Source: Candidatus Acidiferrum sp. (GTDB lineage: Bacteria; Methylomirabilota; Methylomirabilia; Rokubacteriales; CSP1-6). Taken from it: a stretch of 64,000 bases of DNA. How positions within the stretch are numbered: the first letter of the stretch is position 1; every line of letters begins with the position of its first letter. The stretch lies in NCBI GenBank assembly GCA_035317605.1, contig DATHGT010000059.1, positions 6,751 through 70,750 on the forward strand. The letters are read 5' to 3'. Under the pieces are notes generated by a model, which saw only the letters and a list, made by a program, of their open reading frames with translations, was not told the DNA's origin and searched no databases. A program made the position numbers and the translations under genes. Of the stretch, positions 56,675-64,000 are shown one piece after another.

Positions 56675-57835
56675 GTGCGGGTCGGGCTCTTCACCAACAA
56701 CTACCTGCCGTTCTGCGGCGGCGTCACCGTCTCGGTCGAGACGCTCCGCCAAGGGCTGGAGGCGCGCGGCCACGAGGCGTGGGTGCTGGCCCCGCGCTTT
56801 CCCGGCGCCGTCGACGCGTCGCCCCGCATCCTGCGCTACCCGTCGATCCCGGCCGCGACGTATCCGGAGTTCTCTCTGGCCATCCCGTGCTCCCCGCGAC
56901 TGGCGCGCCGGGTCCGCGATCTGGACTTCGACGTCTTCCACGCGCATCACCCGTTCCTGCTGGGACCGGCCGCGGGCCGGCTGGCCCGGCGCCGGGGCCG
57001 GCCGCTGGTCTTCACCTACCACACGCGCTACGACAAGTACGCCCACTACGTCCCGCTCTCCCGCGGCGTGGTGGAGGCGGCGGCGCGCGGTCTCAGCACG
57101 CGCTTCGCGCGACGCGCCGACGCGATCATCGCGCCGTCGGCCGTGCTGCGCGACGAGCTGCGCGCGCGGGGCGTCGCGGCGCCGATCGCGGTGGTGCCGA
57201 CCGGCGTCGATCTCGCGCGGTTCTCGCCGGGCGACCGGGCCGCGGCGCGCCGCATCAGGGCCATCGACCCCGACGCGCTCGTGGTGCTCTACGTGGGCCG
57301 GCTCGATCGCGAGAAGAGCATCGACCGCGTGCTGGCCGCCTTCGAGCGCATCGCCGGCACCATCGCGCGGGCAAGGCTCGTGCTCGTGGGGCAGGGGACG
57401 CAGGGCGACCAGCTGCGACGCATGGCCGCGGGCCTCAACGCGGCGGGGCGGGTGACGTTCACGGGCGTCTGCCCGCACGAGGAGCTTCCCGACTACTACC
57501 GCGCCGCCGATCTCTTCCTGTTCGCGTCGGAGACCGAGACCCAGGGGCTCGTGGTGGCCGAAGCCGCGGCCTGCGGGCTGCCCGCCGTGGCCGTCGACGC
57601 GCCCGGCAGCGACGAGGTCGTGCACGACGGCGACACCGGCCTCCTGACGAAGGGCGATCCGGCGGCCCTCGCCGAAGCCGCCATCGGGCTCTTGATCGAT
57701 CCCGCGCGGCGCGCCGCCATGGCCGTGCGCGCCCGCCAGCTCGCCGAGCGTGAGTTCGACGTCACCCTCCAGATCGAGCGCACGCTCGCGGTCTACGCCG
57801 GCGCGCTGGCTGGACGTGGACGGAGCGCTCACTGA
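56675..57835 (+). CDS. GT4-family glycosyltransferase (GT-B fold)
   Basis: The N-terminus is VGLFTNNYLPFCGGV. The C-terminal retaining-GT4 E-x7-E region is FASETETQGLVVAEAAACGLPAV. Confidence 0.75.
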   Translation: MRVGLFTNNYLPFCGGVTVSVETLRQGLEARGHEAWVLAPRFPGAVDASPRILRYPSIPAATYPEFSLAIPCSPRLARRVRDLDFDVFHAHHPFLLGPAAGRLARRRGRPLVFTYHTRYDKYAHYVPLSRGVVEAAARGLSTRFARRADAIIAPSAVLRDELRARGVAAPIAVVPTGVDLARFSPGDRAAARRIRAIDPDALVVLYVGRLDREKSIDRVLAAFERIAGTIARARLVLVGQGTQGDQLRRMAAGLNAAGRVTFTGVCPHEELPDYYRAADLFLFASETETQGLVVAEAAACGLPAVAVDAPGSDEVVHDGDTGLLTKGDPAALAEAAIGLLIDPARRAAMAVRARQLAEREFDVTLQIERTLAVYAGALAGRGRSAH

Positions 57836-57858
57836 GCGTTCCCGCCGCCTCGCACGCG

Positions 57859-58101
57859 GTGCCGCGGACGATCCGCGCCGTCTTTCGTCACCCCTGGAAC
57901 CTGCCGGAGGGCCGGGGCTTTCTCGATTCCGATCCCCGCGTCCGCACCCTGCGGCGGGTCATCGTGACGTATCCCGAAGTGCGTCACATCCAGCCCGACC
58001 GCATCAGCCTGGAGGCGGGCACCGACCCGCGCACGCTCGAGACCGTGACGAAGTTCCTCCAGCGCCAGCAATGGTTGGTCAGTGAGGTCGTCACGGAGTG
58101 A
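57859..58101 (+). CDS. Small hypothetical protein
   Basis: It is an 80-aa ORF with a plausible start. No homology was recognised. Confidence 0.25.
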   Translation: MPRTIRAVFRHPWNLPEGRGFLDSDPRVRTLRRVIVTYPEVRHIQPDRISLEAGTDPRTLETVTKFLQRQQWLVSEVVTE

Positions 58102-58429
58102 CGACCGTGGTGGTGACCGAATGACCCGTCGCGCCGAGAGCGTGGGGCGGGTCGAGAACGAGATCCGGGCCGAGAAGGCGGCGGCGCTCGGCCGCGCCGG
58201 CGAGCGTCTGGAAGCGGCCCTGAACGAGCTGCGCGACGTCGCGCAGCGGCTGGCCGAACCGCTCGACGAGGCCCGGCGCGCCGAGTTACGTGCCGCGTAT
58301 CAGGCGGCGCGACAGCGGGTGCGTACGGCGCGCCTCCATCTGTTGATCCAGCGCGAGGCGATCGGTTTGCGCAACCATCGCGTGGTCGACCAGCAATTCC
58401 CCGAGCCGGTGCCGCCCCCGTGGCTCTGA
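58082..58429 (+). CDS. Small hypothetical coiled-coil protein; the start may be ATG at 58121
   Basis: It is Arg/Ala/Glu-rich and helical. Its stop overlaps the start of the downstream ligase gene. Confidence 0.3.
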   Translation: MRSSRSDDRGGDRMTRRAESVGRVENEIRAEKAAALGRAGERLEAALNELRDVAQRLAEPLDEARRAELRAAYQAARQRVRTARLHLLIQREAIGLRNHRVVDQQFPEPVPPPWL

Positions 58430-59721
58430 TCTGGAACCCCGCGGCCGAGACGCAGTCGCGCGCCGAGCGCGAGACGCTCCAGCTCGCGCGCCTGCGCGAG
58501 ACACTCGCGTGGGCCCGCGAGCGCGTGGCCTTCTATCGCGAGCGCATCCGATCGGCGGACGTCGGCGGGCTCGACGATCTCGCCACGCTTCCGTTCACGC
58601 GCAAGACCGACCTGCGCGAGCACTATCCGTTCGGGCTCTTCGCGGTGCCGCTGGCCGAGACGGCGCGGGTGCACGCTTCGTCCGGCACCAAGGGCAAGCC
58701 CACCGTCGTCGGCTACACATCAGGCGATCTCGACGTGTGGCGCGAGGTGATGGCGCGCGCGATGGTCGCGGCGGGCGCGCGCCGCGGCGATCTCCTCCAG
58801 ATCGCCTTCGGCTACGGCCTCTTCACCGGCGGCCTCGGCTTTCACGACGGCGCCGAGCGGATCGGGATGACGGTGATCCCGGCGTCGTCCGGCAACACCG
58901 CCCGGCAGGGTCTGCTGCTGCGCGACTTCAGGCCGGCGGGGCTCGCGGCCACGCCGTCGTTCGCGCTCCACATCGCCGAGACGCTCACCGAAGAGGGCGT
59001 GAAGGCCGACGGGCTGGGGCTGCGCTACGGCATGTTCGGCGCCGAGCCGTGGAGCGAGGAGCTGCGGCGCTCGCTCGAGCGCGCCTTCGGCTGCCCCGCC
59101 TACGACATCTACGGGCTCTCCGAGATCATCGGCCCCGGCGTGGCCGGCGAGTGCGAGGCGCGCGACGGCCTGCACGTGGCCGACGACCACTTCCTGCCCG
59201 AGATCGTCGATCCGGCCAGCGGCGTCCCGCTGCCGCCGGGCGCGCAGGGCGAGCTGGTGATCACCACGCTGACCAAGCGCGCGCTGCCGATGATCCGCTA
59301 CCGGACCGGCGATGTCACCACGCTCACGCGCGAGCCCTGCCGCTGCGGCCGGACGTCGGCGCGAATCGCGCGGCTCAAGGGCCGATCCGACGATATGCTG
59401 GTGATCAAGGGCGTCAACGTGTATCCCTCCGAGATCGAGACCGCGCTGCTGGGCGTCGAGGAGCTGGTGCCGCACTATCAGCTCATCGTCGATCGCCGGG
59501 CGACGCTGGCGCGTCTGGAGATCCAGGTGGAGCCGGCGCCCGCGCTGGTCGAGCGCAGCGCCGATCTCGCGGCGGATCATCCGGCGGTCGCGGCCGTCCG
59601 CCACGACGTGGCCGCGCGGCTGCGCTCGGCCCTCGGGCTCGGGGTCGAGGTGACGCTGGTGCCCCCGCGGACGATTCCGCGCTCCGAGGGCAAAGCGGTC
59701 CGCGTGATCGAGAAGACGTAG
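58420..59721 (+). CDS. Phenylacetate-CoA ligase family (PaaK/coenzyme F390 synthetase-like) adenylate-forming enzyme
   Basis: The P-loop-like SSGTKGKPTVVGYTSGDL is present. The C-terminal segment KGRSDDMLVIKGVNVYPSEIE is typical of the PaaK family. Confidence 0.75.
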   Translation: MALIWNPAAETQSRAERETLQLARLRETLAWARERVAFYRERIRSADVGGLDDLATLPFTRKTDLREHYPFGLFAVPLAETARVHASSGTKGKPTVVGYTSGDLDVWREVMARAMVAAGARRGDLLQIAFGYGLFTGGLGFHDGAERIGMTVIPASSGNTARQGLLLRDFRPAGLAATPSFALHIAETLTEEGVKADGLGLRYGMFGAEPWSEELRRSLERAFGCPAYDIYGLSEIIGPGVAGECEARDGLHVADDHFLPEIVDPASGVPLPPGAQGELVITTLTKRALPMIRYRTGDVTTLTREPCRCGRTSARIARLKGRSDDMLVIKGVNVYPSEIETALLGVEELVPHYQLIVDRRATLARLEIQVEPAPALVERSADLAADHPAVAAVRHDVAARLRSALGLGVEVTLVPPRTIPRSEGKAVRVIEKT

Positions 59722-59736
59722 AGAGGAGAGCAAGGC

Positions 59737-60546
59737 ATGGACGGGATGATCGAGAGCATCGCGCGCGGCGTCCGGCTGGAGTCGCCGGAGGAGATGACGC
59801 CGGAGTACCGGCAAGACCTCGTGCATCTCATGACCATGCAGGCCGACTCCGAGCTGGCCGGCGGCTACGGCTACGTGCCGTGGATCACCCAGGCGCCCAC
59901 GGTGGAGGAAAAGCACGTGGTCGCCCAGATCGTGAAGGACGAGCTGCGCCACGCCGCCGTCATGTACGGGCTCCTGGCCGACCTCGGGGTCGACGTGGAG
60001 ACCCACGTGCGCACCCACGACCAGGTCTTCACCATGCGCATCGAGGGCACGCGCGACATCGGCACCGAACGGATCACCAGCGACCAGCGCGTGAACATCT
60101 TCTACTACCCGATCGAGACGTGGGCGGACTTCACGTTCTTCAACTTCTGCATGGACCGCGGCGCCGGCCACCAGCTCGAGGACGTCCGCCAGTGCTCGTA
60201 CGGGCCGTGGGCGCGCGCGATCGAGGGCATCTTCAAGGAGGAGAAGTTCCACATCCGCCACGGCGAATACTGGGTCAAGCGCCTGAGCGAGGACCCCGCC
60301 ACCCACGACGAGGCCCAGGCCACGTTCGCCAAGTGGTACGTCCGCACCATGAACATCTTCGGCCGCCCCGGCTCGCCGCGAAACCAGCGCTACCGGCAGT
60401 TCCGGCTCAAGCTGCGCGACAACGACGAGGTCCGCCAGGCCTTCGCGACGGAGGTTGCCGAGCTGTGCGAGAAGTTCGGCCTCCAGGTCCCCGAATGGAC
60501 CCCGCGCTGGTCCGAAATCCCGGAAGAGGCGCACATCCCCGGATAG
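59737..60546 (+). CDS. PaaA/PaaC-like ferritin-fold di-iron protein (phenylacetyl-CoA oxygenase subunit A family)
   Basis: YYPIETWADF...CSYGPWARAIEGIFKEEKFHIRHGE aligns with E. coli PaaA YPTLSWAD...[23 protein letters not shown]. The di-iron ligand pattern ExxH is present in ADSELAGG...KDELRHA. Confidence 0.6.
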   Translation: MDGMIESIARGVRLESPEEMTPEYRQDLVHLMTMQADSELAGGYGYVPWITQAPTVEEKHVVAQIVKDELRHAAVMYGLLADLGVDVETHVRTHDQVFTMRIEGTRDIGTERITSDQRVNIFYYPIETWADFTFFNFCMDRGAGHQLEDVRQCSYGPWARAIEGIFKEEKFHIRHGEYWVKRLSEDPATHDEAQATFAKWYVRTMNIFGRPGSPRNQRYRQFRLKLRDNDEVRQAFATEVAELCEKFGLQVPEWTPRWSEIPEEAHIPG

Positions 60547-60550
60547 CCGC

Positions 60551-60946
60551 ATGCCGCAGCCGCAGCCCTCGACGCCGGCGCTTTGCCGCCTCTGCCGCCG
60601 CCCCCTCGTTGCCTCCGCCGTGAAGTGCCCGTCGTGCGGCGCGCGCCAGTCGTGGACCGATCGCGCCCGCGGCATCGAGTCGAGTGGACGTCTGAGCGTC
60701 TGGCGAATCGCCACGGGCGCGGCGATCCTCGCCCTCCTGATCGCCGGCGCGCTCGTGTGGTTCTCCGTGATGCGCGAGATCAAGCGACCGATCCTCTCGG
60801 ACGACGGTGTCACCAGCGGGGTCGGTCGTCCCGCGTCGGCCGAATGCGCGCAGCTCGCGGCTGACTTGACGAACCGCTCGACGACCGACCAACGCGTGTC
60901 CCCGGAACTCCGCGACCGCATCCGCCGGTGCTTCGATCGCCGGTGA
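60551..60946 (+). CDS. Zinc-ribbon plus single-TM protein, hypothetical
   Basis: The zinc ribbon is CRLCRRPL...CPSCGA followed by the TM helix IATGAAILALLIAGALVWFSV. Confidence 0.45.
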   Translation: MPQPQPSTPALCRLCRRPLVASAVKCPSCGARQSWTDRARGIESSGRLSVWRIATGAAILALLIAGALVWFSVMREIKRPILSDDGVTSGVGRPASAECAQLAADLTNRSTTDQRVSPELRDRIRRCFDRR

Positions 60947-61046
60947 CCGGCATGTGGCCGCCGCCGCACGTCGTCGCGCGCCGACTTCTGGACGCCGCGG
61001 CCCGGGGGAAGCAGCCGTGTCGCGTGACTGAGGTAAGATCCCGGCG

Positions 61047-64000
61047 ATGAACTGTTCGCGATGCGGGATCGAGAACCCGCCGGGCGCGAAGTTCTGTCGC
61101 GGATGCGGGGTACGCCTGGACGCGATTTGCCCGGCCTGCCAGCATCCGAACCTCCCGGGCAGTCGTTTCTGTAACGAGTGCGGGCGGCCGCTCGTGTCCG
61201 ACGCGCCCGCACCGTCGGAAGCTCCCTCCGTCGCGGCGCAGGACAAGGCCGTCCCACGGCCGCCCGCCCGGGCCCAGGCCGGGTACACGCCGAAGCACCT
61301 CGCCGACAAGATCCTCAAGACGCGGTCCGCTCTCGAGGGCGAGCGCAGGCAAGTGACGGTGCTGTTCGCGGATCTCGCCGGATTCAGCGCACTGGCCGAG
61401 CGGCGCGATCCCGAAGACGTCCACGCCATCGTCGAGCGTTGCTTCGAGGTGATCGCGACCGAGGTGCATCGATTCGAGGGCACCATCAACCAGTACACCG
61501 GCGACGGGGTCATGGCCTTGTTCGGCGCGCCCATCGCGCACGAGGACGCGCCCCGGCGCGCCGCTCACGCCGCGCTGGCCATCCAGCGCGCCGTTCGCGA
61601 CCTCAGCCGCGAGCTGGCCCCGCGTCTCGAGCGGAGCCTCGAGATGCGGATCGGCCTCAACACCGGTCCGGTCGTCGTGGGCAAGATCGGCGACGACCTC
61701 CGCATGGACTACACGGCGGTCGGCGACACGACCAACGTGGCCGCGCGACTCCAGCAGAACGCGCGACCGGGGAGCGTGCTGGCCGGCGGACCCACGCAGC
61801 GGCTCATCGCCGGATATTTCGAGACGCTCGACCTCGGCGAGCTCGCGGTGAAGGGGCATGCCCCCGTCCACGCGTTCGAGGTCCTGCGCGCGCGCGGGCG
61901 CAAGGCGAGGCTGGACGTCGAGCGCGAGCGCGGTCTCACCCCGCTGGTCGGGCGGGATCGAGAAGTCGCCACGCTCATGGAGGTGTTTGCCCGCGCCCGC
62001 GTCGGGCAGGGACAGGTCGTGTTCGTCGCGGGGGAGGCGGGCATCGGCAAGTCGCGACTCCTGCTCGAGTTCCGCCGCCACCTCGCCGTCGCCGGCGAGC
62101 CGGCGACGTGGCTCGAGGGGCGTTGCGTCTCGTTCGGCCAGTCGAGCCCGTTGTTGCCGGTCGTCGATCAGCTCCGTGAGAACTTCCGCATCGACGAGTT
62201 CGACGGGGAGCCCGAGATCATCGCGAAGGTCGAGCACGGGATGCGCCGCATGGGCGGGCTCGAGCCGCACATCCCGTTCGTCCGGTATCTCCTCGCCGTC
62301 GATCCCGGCGATCCCGCCGTGGCCGCGATGGATGCCGCGCGCCGCCGCAAATCCAGCTTCGACGCCGTGCTGGCGATGTCGCTCCGTGGCGCGGCCCTGC
62401 GGCCGCTGGTCTTCGTGTTCGAAGACCTCCACTGGGTCGACACGAGCACGGAGGAATATCTGGCCGCGCTCATCGACAGCGTGGCCGCGACCCGGATCCT
62501 CCTCGTCGCGACGCATCGTCTCGGTTACTCGCCGCCGTTCGGATCGCGGAGCTTCCAGACGCGGATCACGCTCAGCGCGCTCTCGGAAGCGGACGCGCTG
62601 GCCATGGCCGGTCGCGTCCTCGGCATCGAGCGATTCCCGGCCGACGTGGCGCGGGCGGTGCTCGACAAGGCCGAGGGCGTTCCGCTCTTCATCGAGGAGG
62701 TGACCAAGACCCTGCTCGACCTCGGCATCCTCGCGCGCGACAACGGAGGCTATCGCGTCGTGCGGCCATTGAGCGAAGCCGCGATCCCGGACACGATTCA
62801 GGGGATCATCATGGCGCGCCTCGATCGCCTGGGCGAGGACGGCAAGCGCACCGTGCAGCTCGCCTCGGTGATCGGCCGTCAGTTCCTGCGGCGTTTGCTG
62901 GAGCGGATCGCCGGGTTCTCAGGCGAGCTGGACGGCCTGCTTCAGGAGCTGAAGGCGCTGGAGATCATCTACGAGCAGGGCCTCTTGCCCGAGCCGGCCT
63001 ACATCTTCAAGCACGCGGTCATCCAGGACGTCGCGTACCAGAGCCTGCTCGTGCAGCGGCGGAAGGAGCTGCATCGCGCGGTCGGCCGCGCGATCGAGGA
63101 TCTCTATCCAGATCGTCTCGCCGAGCACCACGAGGAGCTGGCCCATCACTTCGTGGCAGGGGAACAATGGCCCGAGGCGTTTCGCTACTGCGTGCTGGCC
63201 GGTGACCGAGCCGCGCACGCGTTCGCGAGCGCGGAAGCGCGCAGGCACTACGCGCAGGCGCTCGAGGTCGCCGGTCGCGCGCAGCCTGCGCCGGACGACC
63301 GGGAGCTGGCGAGCGTTCACGAAAAGCTCGGCGGCGTCCTCTTCATCCTGGCCGAGTTCGAGGCGGCGGTGCCGGAGTTCGAACGGGCCCTCGCGCTCAT
63401 CCGCCGCTCGGGCGACCGGAAGCAGGAAGTGGCGACCCTGCTCGAGCTGGCCAACGTCTACAACTGGGGCCACAAGATCGTCGAAGTCTTGGCGACCGTG
63501 AACGCAGCCCTCGCGATCGCGATCGCGATCGGGGACACGGCGGGCCAAGCGGGCTGCCACGCCCTGCGCGGCGAGGTGAGGAGCGTCGTCGACGGGCCGG
63601 TCATCGAGGCGATGGCTGACTCGTCCGAAGCCGTGCGTCTCGGCCGCGAGGCCGGCGATGCCCGTCTCCTGGCGCAGTGCCTAACGTTCGCCGGCCGGCA
63701 TCTCGAATGGCACGGCGAATACGACGTGGCGGTCGGGCATCTGCGTGAGGGACTCGAGCTGGCGCGCCGCGAACATTCCGGTTATCTGGTCGGCCTCGCG
63801 CTGTATCACCTGGGCCACGCCGCGCTGGCGAGGGGGGATTACGAGGGCGCGCTCGAGAACTACCGCAGTCTGCTCGACTACGCCGAGGCCGCCGGCGACA
63901 AGCTCTACCTCGCGCGCCTGCCGAATCTCTTCGGCGGCGTGTCGCTCGAGATCCACGATCTCGATGAAGCCATCCGATTCAACACCGAAGGCGATGAGAC
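61047..64000 (+). CDS. Multidomain signalling protein: an N-terminal double zinc ribbon, a class III adenylate/guanylate cyclase domain, an AAA/STAND ATPase and TPR repeats (3'-truncated by the window edge)
   Basis: The zinc ribbon is CSRCG..CRGCG..CPACQ..CNECG. The cyclase domain is RRQVTVLFADLAGFSAL...YTGDGVMALFGAP...RIGLNTGPVVVGKIG...YTAVGDTTNVAARLQ. The P-loop is VFVAGEAGIGKSRLL. TPR-like repeats run to the end of the window. The ORF has no stop within the window, so it is absent from the ORF track. Confidence 0.8.
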   Translation, partial: MNCSRCGIENPPGAKFCRGCGVRLDAICPACQHPNLPGSRFCNECGRPLVSDAPAPSEAPSVAAQDKAVPRPPARAQAGYTPKHLADKILKTRSALEGERRQVTVLFADLAGFSALAERRDPEDVHAIVERCFEVIATEVHRFEGTINQYTGDGVMALFGAPIAHEDAPRRAAHAALAIQRAVRDLSRELAPRLERSLEMRIGLNTGPVVVGKIGDDLRMDYTAVGDTTNVAARLQQNARPGSVLAGGPTQRLIAGYFETLDLGELAVKGHAPVHAFEVLRARGRKARLDVERERGLTPLVGRDREVATLMEVFARARVGQGQVVFVAGEAGIGKSRLLLEFRRHLAVAGEPATWLEGRCVSFGQSSPLLPVVDQLRENFRIDEFDGEPEIIAKVEHGMRRMGGLEPHIPFVRYLLAVDPGDPAVAAMDAARRRKSSFDAVLAMSLRGAALRPLVFVFEDLHWVDTSTEEYLAALIDSVAATRILLVATHRLGYSPPFGSRSFQTRITLSALSEADALAMAGRVLGIERFPADVARAVLDKAEGVPLFIEEVTKTLLDLGILARDNGGYRVVRPLSEAAIPDTIQGIIMARLDRLGEDGKRTVQLASVIGRQFLRRLLERIAGFSGELDGLLQELKALEIIYEQGLLPEPAYIFKHAVIQDVAYQSLLVQRRKELHRAVGRAIEDLYPDRLAEHHEELAHHFVAGEQWPEAFRYCVLAGDRAAHAFASAEARRHYAQALEVAGRAQPAPDDRELASVHEKLGGVLFILAEFEAAVPEFERALALIRRSGDRKQEVATLLELANVYNWGHKIVEVLATVNAALAIAIAIGDTAGQAGCHALRGEVRSVVDGPVIEAMADSSEAVRLGREAGDARLLAQCLTFAGRHLEWHGEYDVAVGHLREGLELARREHSGYLVGLALYHLGHAALARGDYEGALENYRSLLDYAEAAGDKLYLARLPNLFGGVSLEIHDLDEAIRFNTEGDE

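Overview
High-GC bacterial chromosomal window (about 70% G+C by eye; dense antisense shadow ORFs are expected and ignored). Three parts. (i) Coordinates 1-6.2 kb are an accessory segment. It holds the 3' end of an RHS/YD-repeat polymorphic toxin gene with a lower-GC C-terminal toxin domain and an overlapping small membrane immunity gene. Next come an independently translatable orphan RHS-CT toxin cassette and its own zinc-ribbon membrane immunity gene, a degraded IS5/IS1182-like transposase fragment, and a minus-strand pair made of an Arc/RHH antitoxin-like gene and a DUF4238-like gene. (ii) Coordinates 6.2-32 kb and 36-57 kb are a syntenic housekeeping core: uvrC, leuS-lptE-holA, rpsT/murJ, a XerC/D-type recombinase, pyrG-kdsA-kdsD-lptC-lptA-lptB-rpoN-hpf-rapZ, metK, UPF0182, lptF/lptG (apparently fused), valS-birA, guaB-like/guaA, dnaE-accA, an unusual radical-SAM gene, a SorC regulator divergent from an archaeal-type FBP aldolase/phosphatase, miaB, a BFN nuclease and a GT4 glycosyltransferase. 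(iii) Coordinates 32.8-36.3 kb are a small lower-GC insertion. A diverged duplicate of the lptG 3' end and a 30-bp direct repeat mark its far edge, and it encodes a secreted metzincin-FG-GAP protein operon. The window ends with a PaaK-like/PaaA-like gene cluster and a 3'-truncated adenylate-cyclase-AAA-TPR signalling protein. No rRNA, tRNA or CRISPR array was recognised by eye.
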